This document shows, piece by piece, positions 63,440 to 64,000 of a stretch of DNA of 64,000 bases. Every line of letters starts with the position of its first letter. The first letter of the stretch is position 1. The notes under the pieces were generated by a model. It did no database searches, was not told the origin of the DNA, and saw only the letters and a program-made list of their open reading frames with translations. Source of the stretch: Squalus acanthias (lineage: Eukaryota); assembly GCA_030390025.1 (NCBI GenBank), contig CM059432.1, forward strand, positions 60,142,001 to 60,206,000. Reading direction: 5' to 3'. The translations under genes were made by a program, and so were the position numbers.

Positions 63440-64000
63440 TTACGCAAATCTGGCATGGATTAGTGCTTCCCTTGTCAAACGGCCAGCAATGTGGTCGAGT
63501 GCGGCTGCATTGGCCACATCCGGCCCTGCAACACGTGGCTCCCTGTCCTCCTCCTCATCCTCCTCCTCATGCTCCTCCTTGTCCTCCTCCTCGTCCTCCT
63601 CTTCTTCTTCCGAGGAGTGTGTGTGCTGAACCACTTGTTCGCCCGGCAGACCTAAGCCGCGCTGCTGTGCCATGTTGTGCAGGGCACAGCAGACCACGAT
63701 GATTCTGGACACCCTGGCTGGTGCATACTGCAGGGTTCCACCAGATCTGTCCAGGCATTGGAGGCGTATTTTGAGCAAGCCGATGGTTTGCGCGATGATG
63801 CTTCTGGTGGAAATGTGGCTCACATTGTAGTGCTCCTCAGCCTCGTTTGTTGGCCTCCTCATCGGTGTCATAAGCCACTTTTTCAGGGGATAGCCCTTGT
63901 CACCAAGTAGCCATCCGGAAAGTTGGTTTGGCGGATGGAAGAGCTGAGGCACAGTAGACTGGCGCAGGTTGAAGGAGTCATGGCAACTGCCAGGGTACTT
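63440..64000 (-). pseudogene. HARBI1-like transposase C-terminal half (the 5' part lies beyond the window)
   Basis: Contains [24 protein letters not shown] and [17 protein letters not shown] (the expected catalytic E appears as A), plus an acidic tract. Confidence 0.85.

Larger units (their letters stand above)
61017..64000. mobile_element. Two-gene Harbinger transposon of a more distant family (copy F), running off the window end
   Basis: Probable left end gggcctcgattttaat, a Myb/SANT gene on + and a convergent transposase on -. Confidence 0.85.

Overview
This is eukaryotic, vertebrate DNA, most likely from a shark or other cartilaginous fish (inferred from HE1/V-SINE-like and SacSINE1/DeuSINE-like SINEs and abundant CR1 LINEs). 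It contains no prokaryotic genes, CRISPR arrays, rRNA or tRNA genes. The only host coding sequence I can support is one 150-nt, phase 0-0, minus-strand exon at 10236-10385, which resembles a late exon of CCDC178. The rest is probably intron and is densely filled with nested, mostly decayed transposable elements. These include CR1 LINEs (one near full length with an esterase ORF1), L2 LINEs, a third LINE family, SINEs, at least six two-gene PIF/Harbinger copies (Myb/SANT-like gene convergent with a HARBI1-like transposase) and Harbinger-type MITEs. The most striking structure is a young ~2.95-kb palindrome at 57596-60603. It consists of two head-to-head, 5'-truncated Penelope-like (RT + GIY-YIG) arms inside a single 12-bp target-site duplication, and each arm carries a minimal type I hammerhead ribozyme motif. 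Family names come from motif recognition by eye, with no database search, and many boundaries are approximate. I found no system that is clearly undescribed.
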